Positions 59,815 through 64,000 of a stretch of 64,000 nt of DNA are shown here, piece after piece. A program made the position numbers and the translations under genes. Position 1 is the first letter of the stretch. Each line of letters opens with the position of its first letter. Origin of the DNA: Basidiobolus meristosporus CBS 931.73 (Eukaryota; Fungi; Basidiobolomycota); contig MCFE01000051.1 of assembly GCA_002104905.1 (NCBI GenBank), forward strand, positions 124,001-188,000, read 5' to 3'. The notes below the pieces were generated by a model. That model did not search any database. It was not told the origin of the DNA and saw only the letters and a list, made by a program, of their open reading frames with translations.

Positions 59815-60481
59815 TATTTGTGTCATTGAGTGTGATTGATCGTCAGTGTGCAATTTCAAGGTGTTCGATCAGTAGTGTTCAAGTGATCGGTAGTGACTGG
59901 CTAGGATTTAAATCACAACAGGTGTTGTAACTCCTGGTACGGATAGAGATAGAATCTCGAGAATAGTACTAAGAGCAGATTTATTCGAAGGATCTTGGGA
60001 GATTGGGTCAAGGACGGGTTGGAGCTAATACCTTTAACTAACTGTCTGTTTCTTTTCGCGCCAGATTTTTAAGTATTCATTAACCTTGGTTGGGCTTGGT
60101 AAGGTGGTACAATGGCAGGCACTAGTCTCGTAGGTAACGCTAACTGGATTTTCAGGCCCTAACTGTGACACAGGACTGTGTTACGTACTTAAACAGTATG
60201 GAATTAGATAACGTGTATGTTATCTCGTAGATTCGACGGGGTAGTGTAAGAATATCTCTTCAAAGATTAGGATGGTGACTAGTAGAAATATATTCAAAAT
60301 AATATTCGTTTCTACCGCTCTTCCTACTTCTAACCAAACCTAAACTATATTTGGTATTTATATCTTGTTGTGAGTCTGATGATTTGTCTTGTTTTGCTTT
60401 TCCTTGGCTACAAAGTCGTCTTTGTATGCGTTGAAGTCACTTAACATCGACTGAATCCTTACTCCGTCACAGCTGTCGAAA

Positions 60482-60563
60482 GGTGAGATGGCCGAGTGGT
60501 CCAAGGCGCTGCGTTCAGGTCGCAGTCTCTTCGGAGGCGTGGGTTCGAACCCCACTCTCATCA
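60482..60563 (+). tRNA. tRNA-Leu (anticodon CAG), intronless, long variable arm
   Basis: Acceptor stem GGTGAGA/TCTCATC, A box TGGCCGAGTGG (60489-60499), anticodon arm GCTGCG-TTCAGGT-CGCAGT, variable arm, B box GGTTCGAACCC (60542-60552). Confidence 0.97.
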
Positions 60564-60567
60564 TTAC

Positions 60568-60572
60568 TTTTT
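60568..60572 (+). terminator. Pol III oligo(dT) terminator of tRNA-Leu
   Basis: TTTTT run 4 nt after the discriminator base. Confidence 0.8.
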
Positions 60573-61964
60573 GATAATGACTGAATGCTACTGCTGTAAC
60601 CTTCGTTTTCATTTCAAGTACCACCTTATGATCAACAAGTATTATAAGAAATGAACCACAGTCTGCGATATTACAAACAATGAATACAAGCCATATAGTT
60701 TTCCGTACATCGACAGCAATAAGTTAATTAGGAAAAGTACCAAGAGTAAATCTTATTGGAGCCCGCATTTATAGGAGTGGGAAGAGAGGCTGCGCAGAAT
60801 GAAGTAGTTGACAGTATACTACAAGCCAGCTTACAATTTACATTTCTGGAAGCTTTTGGCAGCTTTTATAATGCTATGATGTAGATTTCGACGGAAGCAC
60901 AGCCCATCATGGCAGTTCTTTCGACAACGCCCGATTGATGCTTCCTCAATTGTTTCACCTTCATAGCCACAACCTGCTCATTTGGTTAGAATGGTATTCT
61001 CATTAGCTCCATCATACCAAGGTTGATATTGTTCGGTAAGGTGATGGTTAAGTTTGATAATCTTTGCTTTTGCTGTAATTAATACGTTTATATAACTCGG
61101 TTGCTGACGGCATACTCGAGTAGTGTAATGAATATCAAGCTCGAAGTAAACTAGCGATTGTTATAGCAGGAGTTCTTGCTCAATCTTCTAGCATATTCAT
61201 TCTCTTTGCTTTAACTTGTTTAATGGTCTCAATTGTATACAGAATACACACTTATATCACAAGAAGTATTATTGAATATGCATAGTAGTTCATTGTAGCG
61301 TATATAATCATATCCAAGTGAGCCAAGAGATGATGACTCTAACTGTTCTCCGGGCAATCATATTTCTAGAACACATCAGTAAACCTATATGGGAACTCGT
61401 AATAATATGCATATCGTAGACTCGCGTCGCTTGATATTTGGGGATCAGTATCATGGAGGGAATGTGGATGTACTTGAGCTTGTAACTAGACCATTCCGAG
61501 TAATGCGATATCGGTTCAGAATTCCACAAAAAATTCTGTTCGAATGATCACTGAGCCAGTAACATGCTGTATACCGAACGTAGGATATGGTGGCTGCTGA
61601 AACAAAATGGATATTGCATTCGGGATAAGTAGTAGATAAACTGATTTGGCAACCGACTTTCTGATATAGGCGGTCTCAGCTACTAAAATTGGTTAAATGA
61701 TCACTCATAAGTTGATTATAGTTTCGAAATGATCTTCTTTTAGAAAATACCACTAGAAGGATAACGGGTTGATTAGGAAGAAGTTTAGAATTACCTGGAT
61801 GATGACTTCATACATCCAGATTTAGTAATCGAACTGTATGGTTTAGGCAGTAGGACTGGGATTGGTTATTAGCTTAACGAATATGGAAAAGAGCACAACC
61901 ATCGTTTAGATATATAAATCAGTCGTCTCACAGGTTTGTGTCAAACCATATTCAGTATCTTGCA

Positions 61965-62969
61965 ATGGAATCCTCAAAACTTTGCCCTCCAAATGGCTTC
62001 GTTAGCCAAGGAGCCACCGAGCTTAGACCTAGCGAAACTACCCTCAGCTTGGGCATCCCTTTATCCGCCGAAAACATCGCTTCGCTAGAACAACACATCA
62101 CTCGCAGTCGTCAAGCCTCTCTCAACGCTATTCCTCACAGGAAATCCCTTTCTGGTCTTGCAACACCTGAGTTTCATCCGGATGTTGTTGCTGATGAAGA
62201 CCATTTGACAATGGCCCAGATGCTTGACTGGTCTGAGTTCCGCAACCCTAAGATCTGGCGTTCAGGTGTGCATGAGCTGTTCTTGATGGCGTTATATGTA
62301 TTAGTTTCCTGCGGTGTAACCGTCTGGGCTGTCCGAGTTGGAGGCCCCGTAGTGTCCCTGAATGTTGGTCTTGGTGTCTTTGTAACCCTTACTCTATTCA
62401 TTATGGGTTCTGCCTCTGTCTCCGGTGCCCACTTCAATCCTCTTATTACGTGGACAGCTGTATTGACTCGCCTTTGCTCTGTTCCTCGTGCCATTATCTA
62501 TTTGTTTATGCACTGCGTTGGTGCTATTCTTGGAGGGGCTCTTCTTCGTGCTGCTTGTGGTGAGGCGGTCACTAATGCAACTAAACTTGGATCCTGGGGT
62601 TTCAAGCCAGATGTTGTCACTGTCGGTCAAGCTTTCTGCCTGGAGTTCTTCTTCAGTTGGTCATATGTATGGATCACCTGGGGTACTGCCATTGATCCTA
62701 AGCAACAAAAGGTATTTGGCCCCGTTGTAGGCCCAATCTGTGTCGCATTGGCTCTTGGCTTGAATATTTACGTAAGCGGTGGTATCACTGATGGATTTGG
62801 TGGTGTCGGTGCCAACCCTGCCAAATTCCTGGGTGTGGCTGTGGCCTCTGGGAACTACCAAGAGCATTGGATCCCTTGGATCGCTCCGCTCTGTGCCAGT
62901 ATTGTCCAAGGCGCCCTATACTGGGTCGCTCCTCCACATCATGAAGCTGAGAAACCAAAGAAAGATTAA
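61965..62969 (+). CDS. Aquaporin (MIP family), XIP-like, intronless
   Basis: Six TM segments, SGAHFNPLIT, GQAFCLEFF, DPKQQKVFGPVVGPI, GANPAKFLG, HWIPWIAPL. Confidence 0.93.
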   Translation: MESSKLCPPNGFVSQGATELRPSETTLSLGIPLSAENIASLEQHITRSRQASLNAIPHRKSLSGLATPEFHPDVVADEDHLTMAQMLDWSEFRNPKIWRSGVHELFLMALYVLVSCGVTVWAVRVGGPVVSLNVGLGVFVTLTLFIMGSASVSGAHFNPLITWTAVLTRLCSVPRAIIYLFMHCVGAILGGALLRAACGEAVTNATKLGSWGFKPDVVTVGQAFCLEFFFSWSYVWITWGTAIDPKQQKVFGPVVGPICVALALGLNIYVSGGITDGFGGVGANPAKFLGVAVASGNYQEHWIPWIAPLCASIVQGALYWVAPPHHEAEKPKKD

Positions 62970-64000
62970 GCCATATAGAGTACATATTCATACCATAAGC
63001 CTGTATAGTTCTTTACATAGATGTTGTCACTAACGGCAGCAACAATAATAACAACAAAATTGAATAGAGTCGATCTGATAAAGTCGGTGCCACTTTGTTA
63101 ATGTGAGTAGGGATCAATCCTGCGGCATAGCTAACTAGGCAAGATCAAATAATAAATAGAGATTCGAATAAAACGCGATTGTTTTTACTGGAAGAGTATC
63201 TTTATTAACTTCATATCATATGCTGATAAACAAGTATATAAATGTTCAAATTTTCTTGAATCATGTCTCCTGCTGTTGTGAGTGTTCGCGTATCAATGTC
63301 CAAGCGTTTTACTGAACATCAGGAAGTCAATCGTCTCCTGTAGGTTGCGTTCTGACCGGCTTGAGGGTGCTACCATATGCACGCTCAATAGTCAATGGCA
63401 ATGTGAAATATGATGCCATTTTGGTTCTGGTACCGGGGATTAAATTGACTCTTTCACAATACTGTGAAGTATATTTAGATTGACTGTAATGATACCATCG
63501 GAAACATGTTGGTACCGAACACCTTTTAGGGGATCAAGAGGAAGATGTGGTTGACCTTACTGGTGCTGATGTCTAGATGACTACATTGACTCCCGTAAAA
63601 GTGGATTGTTCCACCTCCTTAAAAGCTTGGTTAAATATGAAAAATGCTCAAAACACATCACCGCTAAATTGTTTCTTGTGCTCTCTTCCTTTGTATCACT
63701 TTTGCTCTATCATTCAGAGGAGTAGTGCTTATGCAAGTAGCTGTTGTCCCCGGACTGACATTATATGATGCGGATTACATTGATTATTGCTCATACAATG
63801 AGGCTTATTGGGATGTCTCATTTCTTGATGATCATTGCATTATGGAATACATAAGATCTGGAAGGTCTTAGTATATACTGAGAATGCATATTCTTGAAAT
63901 TCTTTCCTCTTTCAGATTAGATCAACTGTTGATACTTTTCATGAAAGCCTGTTTAGAGCCCTGCAGGTATTTGGTCACTGATGAAATACCAAAAGTTGTT

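Noticed and set aside
63000-64000. Possible gene or transposon at the right edge
   Set aside because: All frames are interrupted by frequent stops and no recognisable motif was found.

Overview
Eukaryotic, intron-containing, gene-dense fungal genomic DNA with GT-AG introns of roughly 50-90 nt and CTAAC branch points. Gene content (COP1, XIP-like aquaporin, zygomycete-type chitin deacetylase and F-box/LRR, Ste12 with C2H2 fingers) points to an early-diverging fungus (Zoopagomycota/Mucoromycota-like); this placement is inference only. About 25 protein genes are supportable, mostly housekeeping: P4-ATPase flippase (cut by the left edge), p24, STK32/YANK-like kinase, group III G-alpha, F-box/LRR, COP1, RNF14/Itt1-like RBR ligase, chitin deacetylase, TFIIIC large subunit, MSH6, SCJ1, BAR-SH3, cystathionine beta-lyase, Edc1/PNRC-like, STE12, Ppn2-like metallophosphatase, MCT1, PH protein, HRP1, RluA-type pseudouridine synthase, aquaporin and several hypotheticals. 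Also present: one tRNA-Leu(CAG), an alcohol dehydrogenase pseudogene, a probable decayed LINE and small repeats. No CRISPR array, prokaryotic defence system or secondary-metabolite cluster was seen. The most unusual observations are (1) a TFIIIC B-block-binding subunit carrying an in-frame PHD finger, (2) an XIP-like aquaporin with NPL/NPAK motifs, replacing the near-invariant ar/R arginine with lysine, (3) a complete fungal COP1, and (4) a 5-nt microexon in the G-alpha gene. Exon boundaries were read by eye and need RNA-seq confirmation; no database searches were run.
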